Source of the DNA: Callorhinchus milii
Lineage: Eukaryota
Length of the DNA stretch: 64,000 nucleotides
Reading direction: 5' to 3'
Assembly: GCF_018977255.1 (NCBI RefSeq)
Contig: NW_024704742.1
Span: 131,318,001-131,382,000, forward strand
Shown: positions 51,165 to 64,000 of the stretch, piece by piece
Layout of the letters: every line of letters begins with the position of its first letter
How positions within the stretch are numbered: the first letter of the stretch is position 1
Translations under genes and position numbers: made by a program
The notes under the pieces: model-generated
Database searches by the model: none
The model's input: the letters and a program-made list of their open reading frames with translations, nothing else
Told to the model about the DNA's origin: nothing

Positions 51165-51594
51165 TGTTCAGATATAGCACCTTTTCCTATCGGGAGGATG
51201 TTTAAAACTGACATATAGGACATATGTAACGTACAGTGATTGTGCACGTAAGCACGGCAGCCCAACTTGTGCAGCCCAATGTCCTGCAAACAGCCATGAA
51301 GTGAATAATCATTTTTTACTGTGGGATTATTGGCCAGGTCACCGGCTGAAACTCCCTTCTCTTTTTGAATAGTCCCTTGGGATCTTTACCGTGCACCTGA
51401 GCAGGCAGACGGTATAACTTGTCATCGGAAGGACGTCACCTCCAACAATGCAAGCCAACCCAGCACTGCATTAGAGTGTCAGGCTAGACTATATGAATTC
51501 AAAGTCCTGACATGAGGCTTAAACCCACAACCAGAACTATTTCACAACTATTTCTGGTTTAGAGACGAGTGTTACCCACTGAGCCAGGCTGACA
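51165..51594 (-). mobile_element. SINE-B, near full length
   Basis: Head ends ccactgagccaggctgac; reverse Deu body and tail. Confidence 0.82.
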
Positions 51595-52297
51595 CACAAT
51601 ATAGAACCTCTGTATTTGTTGTTCCAGATCCGAGCCAACTAACATAAAACAATAATTGTTTTAATATCAAATCTTCTGTTCTGAACCACTCACTTATAAT
51701 AATAATAATAATCCTTGCATTTGATATAGCGCCTCATCACGTCTCCAAGATGTCTCAAAGTGCTTCAGAATATACTGTAAAGTGAATTGACTGTGAATTT
51801 TGTGGGCGAAACGCCGACAATTCACCACTGTGAACACAGTACATGATTTATTGGTTAAAGGGCAGAATCGCTTGCAAACATACAGTCACTACACTTCACC
51901 GTAAATCCTGTGAAACGCTTTGAGAGGTCTCGGCAGTGTGATAAGGCATTGTGTCAAATGTAAGGATTAAGGATTATTTTTATTATAGAGTCTTTATCAC
52001 TGATTGCTGGGGTGTTAAGCCTTTACTTTACTTCATATAAACTGGCCCTGTTTTCTGAAGGGATGGTGAAGCATGCACAATATCCATAATATTGTGCGGC
52101 ATTAAATTCAAATTAAATTCTTCCATTGAAAGAAACAGGGATTCAAAATGAAATTGATAAATCTTTGGACTGCCTGTTTCTCCACAGTCTCTCGTGTTCA
52201 GTGCCCCTTTTCATTGTGCTGTGAGACCATGACTCCCTCAAACACAAACTCAAAGCTGTTCTGCACCAAGTAAAAAAAAACTCTCGCGCCATTCAAG

Positions 52298-52478
52298 TGT
52301 CAGCTTGGCTCAGTCAGTAGCACTCTCACGGCTGAGTCAGACGATCGGTGGGTTCAAGCCCCACATCGGGACCTTGAGCTCACAGTCTAGGCGAACACTC
52401 CATTATGGTGCAAGAGGTTGTGGGTGTTTATGTGAGCTACAGTGCTGGAGATTATGTCCATTGGATGAGATGTTAACT
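52298..52478 (+). mobile_element. SINE-B 5' half
   Basis: gtcagcttggctcagtcagtagcactctc...gggttcaagccccac. Confidence 0.8.
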
Positions 52479-54684
52479 ATAATCCTTACATTTGGTAAAA
52501 TGCCTTTCACTTGAGGAATACACTGTAAAGTGGAGTGACTGTGTGCCTTGTGGTGAACCCGATAGCGCACGAATAAACAATCTTCCACGAAAAAACATCC
52601 GTGAAGTGAATGAAAATTTTTTATTTGGTCCAGAATCCTAAATCAAGACTGAAGTTAAGAATTAATGTTAAATTTTATGCCGAGTGTTTTAAGATTCAGA
52701 CCATGAAAGATTCCAGGCCTCTGTACAAAACTGCTGCTGATGTGAAAGCAACTGTTAAGGTATAAAAAACATTCAGTAAAAAATATAGTGATTGATTGTT
52801 GGTCAGGAATTTACTATGTATTTAGTAAGTGAATGTGAACACACGCATACAGCAATGTCCTCCAAACGGCCATAAAGTGATTGACCAATTTAATCTGGGG
52901 GATTGTTTCAGGACACCGAGAAAAACTTGTTTCTCTTTTGTACAACAGGATCTTTAACGTCCACTTAAACAGGCAGACAGACCTTGGTTTAACATTTCAT
53001 CTGAAAGACAGTGGTATGTCAGTCTAGACTTAAGAAATCAGAGCCTTAAGAAATCAACCAGTTGATTAATTTCCCAATCTTGCTTCTTGTACTGCAATAA
53101 TTTCCCATGCAAATTACAATAGAAATCGAGTCTTGATGGCAGCAAACCAAGTTTCTTAATACCTTTAATCAGTTAAGATCAACGTAATTTAACATTGTTG
53201 ATGGTGGGTCTACTTTGCTTTGAGTTTGTAGAGGCATGAAATACTTTATCTTCTTGTCATCAACCCTCTGTAGATACAATGCGGTTTAAAATGCGAATTT
53301 GCTAAATATTTGCAGGACGGCAGGGAAAGGATAACTGTGGTTTCTACTTCTCTGGTTTGTTTTGCTGACAAATCCGTGCGTACGCCGACACCTCCTCATC
53401 TCCGGGCTAACTCTTCTCCTGCCCGCACTCCTCTGCTCGCCCCCTCAGCTCGGCTAACTCGGGCTTGCGACACGCTTCTCCGCCTCCTCTCCAGGCCGAA
53501 TGGGCTTCAGTCACTACACTCCTAACTCTTGACTTCCTTCTCTCTACCCCTCCATCTTGCCCCCTACTCTCTCTTTATATGTTTAAGTCCTGCTGGCAAA
53601 TCAACCTCTTTGAAGTGGGTCCGAATCCCTGACCTGGACCTTGGGACGTCCTCCCTACGTGAAAGGCGCTAAAGAAATGTAATTTTGTATTGATGTTCTG
53701 TGGTCTAGCACCATGTCTAACCTTGCTAACCTCGGTGTCAGATACCGTCCCTGTGAAGCGCTCCAAGACATTACCCTACATTCACCTACAAAATACCGTC
53801 ACTCCAATCTACAGTATGTCCCACAAAGTGTTTTTCTACATCCTTCTGATTTTAGACCAAACGCAAGGATGATTTATTATTTATTTATAGCATGACAGCC
53901 GATGCTATGGGATAAAGGACCGATCAATGGGACTGAAAGGATTGCTCTTGAGGGAACTGGCACAGTCACGATGGGCCGAATGTGCCCTAAATTTCTATGG
54001 TTCTAAGTGCACACAGCAATGTCCCACAAACATGAAGCCATGAAGTGACTGACCAAGTTTATTCATTTGAGTTGTCCAGGACACTGGAAGAAAGTCCCCT
54101 CTCCCAGATCTTTTCATTGGAAGCCCAGGCGAATCAATTTTGGATCTGTGGACATGAAAGGCGCTGTACCAAATGTAAGGATTATTATTAGTAGCATTAT
54201 GAAGGATGCATTATAAATAAAAGTTGTTGTTGTTTCATTTGACATATTCACTAAAAGGCAACTTGAAATTTACAAAAAACAGCAAAGCACGATTTAAGGC
54301 GGATTTACTTTTTTCTCTGGCTTCTTTTTGGCCAGTGTCGGAAATCGATACTTTAGCAAATGTACGGAAGGTAAAAACAAAAGCTTTGGCCTTTAGATTC
54401 CGCTGAGTTGATGATTAGCTCCCGACAGACATGTGAACACTGAGTGCACATTGTACAAATCATCACTAAGTTACATGGACACAGGTGTTGCCCCAACATT
54501 TATTGTATTGGAGTGGGAGGGCGGAGGGAGGGGGAGGAGATTCTCCGTGTGCAATGGAAATTCCTCATTTAAAGCAGTTTTCCACCTGGTGAATAGGAAA
54601 ATAGTTCCATTTAGTTCCCAAGAGCTGAGTTGAGAAACAGTTGTCACGATGTGATAGTGAAAGGAGTCCACAAGCAATCTGATT

Positions 54685-54925
54685 TTAGCCATTCTGCCCC
54701 TGCTCTTTGGAACTCCATTCTGGAGTCTCTCCGACTTGCTTCTCCCTCCCCTCATATTCATGCACTTCTCAAAACGTAGTCCCTTTGACCGTGATTTTGG
54801 TCATCTTTCCAATTTCACACCCCCTGGCTCACACCACCAGCTCGGGTGTCCATCCAGCATTATCAAGTGTTTTGAGACACCCTGCCAACCTGAAAGGCAC
54901 TGTATAAATGTACATTGTAATTGTA
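54685..54925 (+). mobile_element. Old L2 3' fragment
   Basis: ttagccattctgcccctgctctttggaactcc...tgaaaggcactgtataaatg. Confidence 0.6.
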
Positions 54926-55911
54926 ATGTAATCAAGCTGGGTCAAAATCAGATAGGCAGCATCAGTTATTATTTTGTATTTAATGGAGAAACCAGTCTGA
55001 CTAAGCCAATGACTTGTGTGAGGGTTGGCTTTAACACATGCAACTGAACAAGCGATGTTTAAGATTAGTGAACCGCCTGCAATCTACAATGTAAAGAAAG
55101 CCACCTGTAATCCCTTCTGCCCAAATGTGCTTCCCCATGATTAACACACATTTTGCAAATGGTTTGTCACCCCTACATTCGCAAATTAGACCCTGGTGCT
55201 GGTGTGATCCATGCGAACACAAGCACGAATGTGAATGTGTCACAATGCTGACACTATCAGAATCATATAATAGCAACAGCAGCAGCTGTACAAATAATAC
55301 AACCTATTTAACCAGCATTGGTAGAAACTCAGTGCATTATAATACCCCACAGGTAATAATAAAAAATAATAATAATCCTTGTATTTGATATAACGCCTTA
55401 TCACGTCATTGAGACGTCTCAAAGTGCATCACAGAATATACTGCAAATTGGGAGAAACTATGCAAGGTAGCTTGGAAAGCCATAAATCATTGTATCATAA
55501 TTGGAACCTCGCAACTGTGCTCCGCATTGGTTGTAGGAGGATACATGCCAAGCCATTTTATTTTCCATTTACCTATTTTAAGTGATTTCTAATATGCCAT
55601 CTTAATGTTGGTGTGCCTTGCCAACAAACACATTAGAAGATATTTTGATTGGTGACCTCAATGATGGATTGCACTGGAACTTTACTTCTGGGGTCTGGGT
55701 TGAAATTCAGCTCAATCTCAATCAGAAATACAGTTTCCTCTGCAGGTTCCAAACTTCACAAACTCTTTACCTTTTTCTTCAGTTTCCCCTCAGCTGCCTT
55801 ATAGACACAGCAATCGCCATCTGTACCTTGCCCTTTTAGCAAGAGAGATCTTGAAGACTTTCTTCTCCGACTACACCTTTCCTTTCTTCCCCTGGCTTGG
55901 CATCAAACTTA

Positions 55912-56165
55912 TAAGAACATAAAAATTTGCGAGCCAAAGGACCAAGATCATTCTAATTCACCTTCCACCAACCTGGCAGTCGCTTGACATGTTGTGTCCC
56001 AAACTATACACTGTATCCCGAGATAATGTTTTCTAGCAGAAAACTATCTAATTTATTCTTGAAACAAATGACATTTTCTGCTTCCACTGTCTCCTGGGGA
56101 CCCAGTTACATAAGTTTACAATTCTCTCACTAAAGTAGTGTTTCCGTAGATTTGTTCTGAAACTT
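55912..56165 (-). mobile_element. Degenerate CR1 3' fragment
   Basis: ataagaacataa terminus and reverse of the RKHYFSERIVNLCNW motif. Confidence 0.6.
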
Positions 56166-57954
56166 CGCTATTGTTAAGTACTCCAAGACTCCATCTCGCA
56201 TGATATAAATGCAAATGGTTGTTGCTGTTGCATTAAGTAAATTGTTGGGAAGTAAGACTAGATGGAGCTCTGCACCTGATCCATGCAAAATGCAGTCACT
56301 ACACTAGAGTACATGCTGTGAAGCGCTTTGAGATGTCTTGAAGGCGTTATATCAAATGCAAGGTTTATTATTATTATTATTAGTATTATTATGCAGTGTC
56401 TGAACTGACACTGACCGGGCACTAAGATATTCTGTGAAGTAGTTTTGAGATGTTTCAATGCCATGATAAGGTGCTATATCAAATGCAAGGATTATTATTA
56501 ATATTATTATTATTAATAAAAGCACAACATGTCCAGTTCACCAACAGCTGCAGGGTTGCAAAGGGCAATTTCAGAACACAGACCATAAAATATCTCTACC
56601 CAAAGGCTAATTAATGACTGGAATGGTTTACCAGGAAGGGTGGTTGAGGCCGGGAAACTAAGATTCATTTAAGAAACAGCCTGCTGCTGTAATGAGAGAA
56701 GGTCAGCATGACTATTCTGGAAGAATGAGATCAAATCAATAATGATAACAACAATTATCCTTATGTTTGATATAAGCACCTTTCACATCAGTAGGATCTC
56801 TCAGGATGCACCGTAAAGTGTAATCGCTGTGTAATCTGTAGGCGAACACAATATGCAATTTGCACAGCAAAGTCTCACAAACAGTCATGGAGTTAGTGGC
56901 CAATTTTTCGTGGGGGGAGGATTATTGATCAGGAGACCAAGAAAAATTCCCTTCTCTCTGGGCCAAAGGGGCCAATATTTTCATTCAAACTCCTCTTGTG
57001 ATCTTGCTCCTGGTAAGCATACAGCTGAACCACTTGAAAACAGACCCAGTGTAAAATAAAACAAACGTTTTGACATAAAGACTTCACAGAGAGAAGTGCG
57101 GTTGATGGCTGAGATGGCTTCTGCGTTTACTGTTTCACATTACCCTTCAAGTGACAGGAAGAGACATTGAGGCAGAGTAATATTTTGCCTACCATTAAAG
57201 AATGTATTATAAATACATTTGATCATTATGGGGTTCAGTGAACCTGGTTCATTTCCTGGAGAAACTGATTTGTGTTCAGCCCTCCCTCACAGCCTGACCT
57301 TGAGCAACTCTGTGCTGGTCAATAACCTATAAACTTGTGGAATTACTTTGTGCAATTTGGGAAGTGGCAGAAACAGAGCAGAAATAATACAGGCTCGATG
57401 GATTTTTGAACTATCAAGCAAGTTTAGTAAAACGTGATTAATTGATGGTAATCGTGTTAGAGATGATTAACCATTTATTGCAGATGATGTTCAGAATGTG
57501 GTTCTACTGTGTTGCATCTTACCTTTCAAACCCTACGCTACGTACAATTGTTTATCAGACTTAGTATAACAATTGTTTGACTGTCCCGGACAGTTGTTTG
57601 ATTGATCAAGATCCTCAACAACAACTTGCATTTATATAGCGCCCTTCAAGCCAGACCCCTTTGCCAAGCCTTCAATCAATGCATCCCAATGTATTCCCTG
57701 TCTTTATCCCTCCGCCGTACCCGCTCTCTAGCTTCAGATACCACTTTAAAGCCTACCTCTTCAATTACACGTAACCTCTTCCCTCCCCTTCCCTTCCTCC
57801 TAGCTTGGTGTCCAACTCTGCGACTGCGAAGCACTCTGAAATGTTATACTGTATGAAGGGTGCTGTGTAATGCAATTTGTTATAGTTTTTATGTCTAGGA
57901 ACCCTCTCAAAATGATCACATTGCTATATTAATTATAATTATAAATAATAATTG

Positions 57955-58190
57955 GAGGCAGCCAAATGCGCACAGCAGTGTCCCACAAACAGTCATGTTT
58001 TATTAAAGGTATTATTACCCCAGGAAAGCAATCCGCCAATCGACTAACAACTGGGTTCCTACTTACTGCTCGGTAAAGAGGGAGGCATTTGGGGTAAGGA
58101 AACTTGCCTAAGGTTTCACCTGCCTAGGAATTAAACCTGGGTCCTCTCACTTAACGCACCGAGTGCTCTAACCGATATGCTACAGAACTT
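57955..58190 (-). mobile_element. SINE-A long form lacking tail
   Basis: Central block and head in reverse. Confidence 0.85.
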
Positions 58191-59579
58191 CTGTAATATT
58201 ATTTTATTTTGACCAACTGTTCCATCCAACATTAATTGATGGGCATTCATCCTTTTCTTTTTAACATTGTAAACTGACTGAGCGGTTATTGACTGAGCAA
58301 ATAGTATGGGAAGGGAAGGAGCAAGAAATGAATTGCTCTGTTTGACACCGGTAGCTGTGATAATCAATTTTATTTCACCATTCAAGAAAAGGCACAGGGT
58401 CTTTTCTCACAGTTATCCATGACTATATTTATCAATGTGTAAAGAAAGTAACAAAAAATTAAATTTACCAATGCTCTTTTTGTGTGACCTTGGCAACTCT
58501 TTTTTGTGTGCGGTTTGTCACGTGTGTTTGTATTCGCATGGTTAATAACAATAATATTAATATTGATCCTTGCATTTGGTATAGTGCCTTTCACGTAAGG
58601 AGGATGTCTCAAAGCGCTTCACAAAATTTACTGTGAGGTGCAATGACTGCGTATTTGCATGCAAACGCGGCAGACAATTTCAGCACAGCATGTTCCGAAA
58701 TTGTCACATGACTCTGTGACTTCCTCCCGACGTGAAAGGCGCTCTATAAATGTCATTTTGTTGTTGTTGTCATGTTGAGTTTAGGACCGGATGTGGGACT
58801 TGAACCCATAACCTTCTGACTCAGAGGTGAGAGTGCGACCAACTGAGCCAGTATAATACCCTTATGTATGGGGTGGGAGTGGAGAATGAAGTTGATTTCT
58901 CACTTCAAAGAAGTCAACTTGAGCCAATATTTTCAGCCAACTCCTCAAAGCAGACGCATTAAATTTGCCACAGCAAAGGAGAAATTAGGTTCAAGAGTGC
59001 TTAAATCTCCCTAAAATATATAGCTGCTCAACACTTTTATTTAATTTGTCTTTGTCTGATACTTATTAAAAGTAATAAAATAAGATAATTCTCATACACA
59101 TTTCACAAGGTAACTGCTGCCTGTCCATTTCCCATCCTCTGCCCCCTCCGAACACATAAATGGAAGATGGTAGTCCCAGAGCCAATCATGAAACATTCCT
59201 GAGTCACCAAATTACAACAAATAGTCCAACTCACGCATCATATGAATAAAGGATTTGGAAATCAGACAGACGGACACGTTCTGTCGATCCAACCCTCCCA
59301 CTTTGTCCTACTTTGCTGTCAGTCTGGTTCAGTTGGTAGCACTCTCGTCTCTCAGGGCATTACTATTAAAACATGCTTGAAAGTTCCATTCCTCTAAGTC
59401 AACATCAACAACAGCACCTGGATCAATGCCAACATATGGTTTGATTAGGTCCGTACTGCCAGTCCACAAAACAAATTCATCCCTCCAAACAAAACCACAC
59501 CTATTCAATAACTATTCATTCTAACCTATCCTGAGCAGAGGAGATATCAGAGTTTATGCACATTATTGACGTTAATAAT

Positions 59580-59890
59580 GTGAAGGCCCTTGCACCTCCC
59601 TACCTCTCCGATCTGCTTACTCCTCACTTACTGTCTCCACTTGACTGGCTCTGGCCTCCTGCTTGTTCCCCGTTCCACCATCCGGGGGTGGCACTTTCAG
59701 CCACCATGCCCCGAAACTCTGGAAAACTCTTCCTCTATCCCTCCGCCTTGCCCCCTCCTTCCCCATCTTTGACCGTGCCTACGGTCACCTACCCTCTCCC
59801 CCCAGCTCGGCATCGTGCTCTGCCACTATCAAGCACCCTGGGACACATCTCTGCATGAGGGGTGCTGTATAAATGCAAGTTGTTGTTGTT
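59580..59890 (+). mobile_element. L2 3' fragment
   Basis: ALAPPYLSDLL...GTFSHHAPKLWKTLP, UTR and (GTT)n tail. Confidence 0.85.
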
Positions 59891-60704
59891 AAATGGGTTG
59901 CAACTTTGAGTAGGACCCAAACCTCAAATCCTGTGCAACAAGACTTCTGCTTCCAGTTTATGTAGAGCCATTCAAGTGTGTTAAGACTCCCACTAGGATT
60001 TATGCCAAGTGGGAATATCAAAAATCCATCAAGAAACCTATGATATAGATCATACAGCTTGGGAACATAGATCAAACTGTACCTGGACATACACCAAGAG
60101 TTACAAGAAAAATCAATGCTAGAGGCAAGGTAGGAACCATTAAAGGTTTAAATCAGAAAATTGTGGATCTTGCATGTTAATGATTTCTTATCAGCTCTTG
60201 GGTTAGCTGCTAGGAAGAGCATGACAAGGGAGCAGGATGTTTCATTGAGAGGACGGGGGAAACGATACAGTATCATCTGGCGCTGACTGCTTCCCAATCA
60301 CAGCAATAATGAGATAGTCTATGGGATGGCACAGATTGACTGTGAGATGACCAGGGATACATGTTGTATACCTGACTACTGCTATTTAAAAAAAATCCAA
60401 TTTACCAAAACATTTGCCCACAAACTTACACAGTCACTGCACTTTGCAGTGAATCCTTGGAAGCTTTTTGAGATGCCCTCCCGATGTGAAAGGCTCTATA
60501 TCAAATGCAAGGATTATTATTATTATTACTGCTCTTATTATTATGCTATCATGCTCAAGACCCAGCTCATCTTTCCCCTCTCTACCCCTCTCAGCTTCCA
60601 GACCCCCAGCTCGACATGTTGAAAGGCCCTCCTGATGTGAAATGTGCTGATTTAAATGTAAATTGTGTTGAATTATGTTATTGCTGAGATTAAAACTAGC
60701 AAAC

Positions 60705-61376
60705 AAGAGGACCTGGATTCGATTCCCGGCAGGACAGAACATTGGGCAAGTTTTCTTACTCCACACATCTCTGTTTACCAAGCAATAAGTAGGAATCTGG
60801 TTGTTTGCCGATTAGCAGATCGCTTTCCGGGGGTAATCATAGAATTTTACAGCACAGAAGGAGGCCATTCGGCTCATCATTCCTGTGCCGGCTCTTTGAA
60901 AGAGCTACCAACTAGTCCCACTCCCCCACTCTTATCCCATAACCCTGAATTTTCTTCCTTTTTATAAGTGCCTACATAATTCCCTTTCAACACCTATTAT
61001 TGAATCTGCTTCCACTACCCTTTCAGGCTCTACATTCCAGACTGTAACAACTCTCTGGGTAAAAAAAATTGTCTTTGTCTTCTCTTTCGTCCTTTTGCCA
61101 ATTATCTTAAATCTGTATCCCCTGGTTACCACCAGAGGAAACAGTTTCTTCCAATCTATTCTATCAAAACCCCTCAATCTTCTCTGCTTTTAGGAGAATA
61201 ATCCCGGCCTCTCTAATCCCTCCAAAAAAAATAGTTTGTGAGCCACCGCTGTGAGAAATTTGCTGCCACATTTCACCCAACAGTCAATCCACTTTACAAT
61301 ATATTCTGTGAAGCGCTTTGAAACATCTCAACGACATGGTTAGGCACTGCATCAAATGCGAGGATTATTATTATTA
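60705..61376 (+). mobile_element. SINE-A long form split by a CR1 insertion
   Basis: 5' part 60705-60838 and 3' part 61214-61376. Confidence 0.82.
60839..61213 (-). mobile_element. CR1 3' fragment with TAATC target-site duplication
   Basis: RGFDRIDWKKLFPLVVTRGYRFKI...FFTQRVVTVWN; TAATC at 60834-60838 and 61214-61218. Confidence 0.9.
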
Positions 61377-61379
61377 AAA

Positions 61380-61660
61380 TGGTTCATTCTGTTTAAACAG
61401 AAAACTTATTTGACAGCAAACTGCACGCAAACAGGGGGTTTGAAGGGTTAAAATAACAATGCCATTGTTTGACCTAGCTGTTTTTCGATTCAACGCCAGC
61501 ACACTTAAATGTTTATTTCGATTAATGGCACAAGCATAAGGGAAAGACATGATCATTTTTAACCTGTGATTTTTGCTGCCTGCTATCTACCATCAATCGA
61601 TACAATTGGCAGTGAGACACAGAAAGCTGCAGTTAGTTCCACTGACTCCCAAACCCTCCG
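61380..61660. promoter_or_regulatory. Candidate enhancer with palindromic SOX dimer site
   Basis: AACAAT-gcc-ATTGTT at 61455-61469, TGTTTAT at about 61510 and ATCAATCGATA at 61592-61602. Confidence 0.35.
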
Positions 61661-62016
61661 CAGGCAATTTTTCTTACTTAGAACGTGAACTTTTTTTGCA
61701 AACTTTTATTTTTTTAAAAAATGAAAAGAAAGAAAGAAACAAACAGCCCCTCACAATTTTACCAAAAAAAGTGGCTTCATTCATTTTAAATCCGCTCAGA
61801 GACTACATGACAAAGCCACCTTTGACACTAGATCGATACTAATAGAATAGATCAAAAGGACATGGTTGTGAATACTGAAAGCATCCATCGTTTGTTCGCA
61901 ATTAAACTAAGGAAGGCTAAGCTAATGTAATAAGGTGGGTCCTGGTCAGTACACACACCGGAGATAACGCTTGTTCTGTTAGGGAACAAATGACAAAGCA
62001 AAGTGGGGGGAAAAAT

Positions 62017-62291
62017 AGTAATAATCCTTGCATTTGATATAGAGCCTTCTCATGTCGAGACGTCTCAAAGCGCTTCACACAATATACTGGAAAGTGAATT
62101 CACTGTATATTTTATGGCAAAACACACTGCGCACAGCAGTGTCCCACAAACAGTCGTGGATTGAGTGACCAAATTATTTATTTATAAGGAATTATTATCC
62201 CTGGATTCTGCTAATCGAGAAACAACTGGGTTCCTAATTATTGCTAGGTAAACAGAGGAGTGTGGAATAAGAAAACTTGCACAACATTTCG
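62017..62291 (-). mobile_element. SINE-A long form, truncated at the end of the tRNA head
   Basis: Similarity stops at catttcgccc (62286-62294). Confidence 0.85.
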
Positions 62292-62409
62292 CCCAGTTTC
62301 CCCAGTTCTTAAAAAAAACTTGGTTTCCAAACAGAGAGTAAATTGAACAGTTTCTACAATTTGCACAATCCTAAAAATATTCTGGCAAGCTAAGACTTAA
62401 TGGCATTTC

Positions 62410-62835
62410 AACAACAACAACTTGTACTTATATAGTGCCCTCTGCGCAGGATAGCATCGGAGAGCGCTTAACATGTGGTGAAGCCTGACTCCGAGCCAGG
62501 GGTGGGGGTGGAGGTAGCTGTAGGCACAGTCGTAGAGGAAAGTTTTCAGGCGGGACTTGAAAGAGAGAAGAGAGGGGACAAGGCAAAAGGATTGAGGGAA
62601 AGTGTTCCAGAGTTTTGGGGTGCAGTGGCTGAAAACACAACCTCTGATAATGGGGCGGAGGGTGCGAGGGATGAGCAGAAGGCTGGTGCCAATCGAGCGG
62701 TGGACCGGTGAGTGAGGAGGTCAGAGTGTCAGGGAGTGAAGGGATTTGAACACGAGTGTGAGAATCTTGAAGTTGATCCATTCGGGGATGGGGAGCCAGT
62801 GGAGCCTGGCCAGAACTGGTGAGATGTGAGCCCAA
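62410..62835 (-). mobile_element. L2 3' fragment
   Basis: LARLHWLPIPEWINFKILTLVFKSLHSL...tail (CAA)n. Confidence 0.85.
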
Positions 62836-63007
62836 TCCCTCCTAGTACCCTCACCCTCTTGTCTCTCATTTACTCCCTTTATGAAGTTTTCTCTTTATAT
62901 GTGGATGCTGTTTGCTTCAACCAGCTTTTGCCAGTGAGTTCCACTGCCTTCCTACCACCCTTTGAGTGAATATGTTCCTCCTAAATTCTCTGTTAGGTCT
63001 ACTACTA

Positions 63008-63303
63008 TGGAATCCCATTGCGTAGTGGTTAGTATGTTTGCCTCGCAAGCGACAGGACCCGGGTTCGATTCCCGAGCAGGGCAAAATTTTAGGCAAGTTT
63101 CCTTACTCCGCACACCTCTGTTGACCTAACAGCAAGTAGGAACCTGGTTGTCAGTCATTTGGCGGATGGTTTGGGGGTGGTAATAATCCCTCAAAAAAAA
63201 TGTAATCACTCTATCCACAATTGTTTGTGGGGCACTGCTGTGTGGAATTGGCTGTCATATTTCGCCCACAATATGAAAATGTAAGGATTATTATTATTTT
63301 ATT
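63008..63303 (+). mobile_element. SINE-A long form with deleted tail stem
   Basis: Head (gcgtagtggttag...gggttcgattccc), central block and Deu-like segment. Confidence 0.87.
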
Positions 63304-63739
63304 GCTGTCTACTACAAAATCTGACCCACATCTCTCTCTTCATTGTAAGTTGAGAAACAGACGTATCTCCATCCAAAAACTCTCAGAGTATTCCAGAGCA
63401 AGAAATCCACAAGGAAACCGATATGCGAGTGCAGTTCTATAATGCATCCTATTGTTTTCTGTCTTCACACATGAAGGTGAAAAATGTGATACTTCATAAT
63501 AGATTCGATGTGATTGAAACAGTTGCAGTCTCACCCCAAATGCACTGAATCACTCTTCTACACTGATGGCAACATTCCCCTTCCAAACAGTGACAGAATA
63601 TTGTTAATCAACTGAGTGAAACTTTCTAACCTCCAGTAATTTACAACAGATACATATAAAATTCCTTCCTAATAGCAGCGGAGAAAGCAACACAAAGCTC
63701 ATCGGTCAGATTATTTTTTAGACAAAAGAAAATTTATAT

Positions 63740-64000
63740 TTGGTGTAGCAGCTTTAATGTCGGGAGGATGTCTTAAAGCACTTGACAGGATATACTGCAA
63801 ATAGCTATCACTGATCACTGTGTAGTCTGTAGGTGAACACAGCAGCCAACTTGTGCACAGCAGTCGTGAAGTGAGCGACCAATTTTATTTTGGGATTGCT
63901 GTCCAGGGGAGAAACTCCCTTCTCTTTTTGAATCATACCATGGGATGTTTGATGTCCACCTGAACAGGCAAACAGGACCTCAGTTTAATGTCTCCTCAGA
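63740..64000 (-). mobile_element. SINE-B, cut by the window edge
   Basis: Reverse tail and Deu body run to the end of the window. Confidence 0.8.

Overview
Eukaryotic, vertebrate-type genomic DNA (moderately AT-rich, CpG-depleted) with no long ORF or recognisable host gene. It looks like a large intron or gene desert. The repeat content (Deu-domain tRNA-SINEs, L2 and CR1 LINE fragments, Penelope-type hammerhead remnants) suggests a cartilaginous fish, possibly a chimaera; this is an inference and was not checked. A large fraction of the window is retroelement-derived: (i) SINE-A, a tRNA-head SINE with a Meta/CORE-like middle, Deu-like 3' part and L2-type stem-loop/(ATT)n tail, in long, internally deleted and tail-only forms; (ii) SINE-B, an older SacSINE1/AmnSINE-like DeuSINE; (iii) 5'-truncated L2 and CR1 copies, several nested with visible target-site duplications. 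The most interesting observations are: a shared 5' boundary of more than 10 tail-only SINE copies at a motif complementary to the SINE's own tRNA head; a SINE-L2 fusion flanked by one 6-bp direct repeat; a 188-bp locally templated insertion inside a SINE; an unclassified A-tailed repeat of about 0.6 kb in three copies; two decayed hammerhead motifs; a weak two-exon terminal CDS candidate at the left edge; and several repeat-free, TF-motif-rich enhancer candidates. Nearly all ORFs in the supplied track are explained by repeats or chance. Repeat boundaries are by eye (about +/-10-20 bp), and family names are from recalled consensus sequences, not searches.
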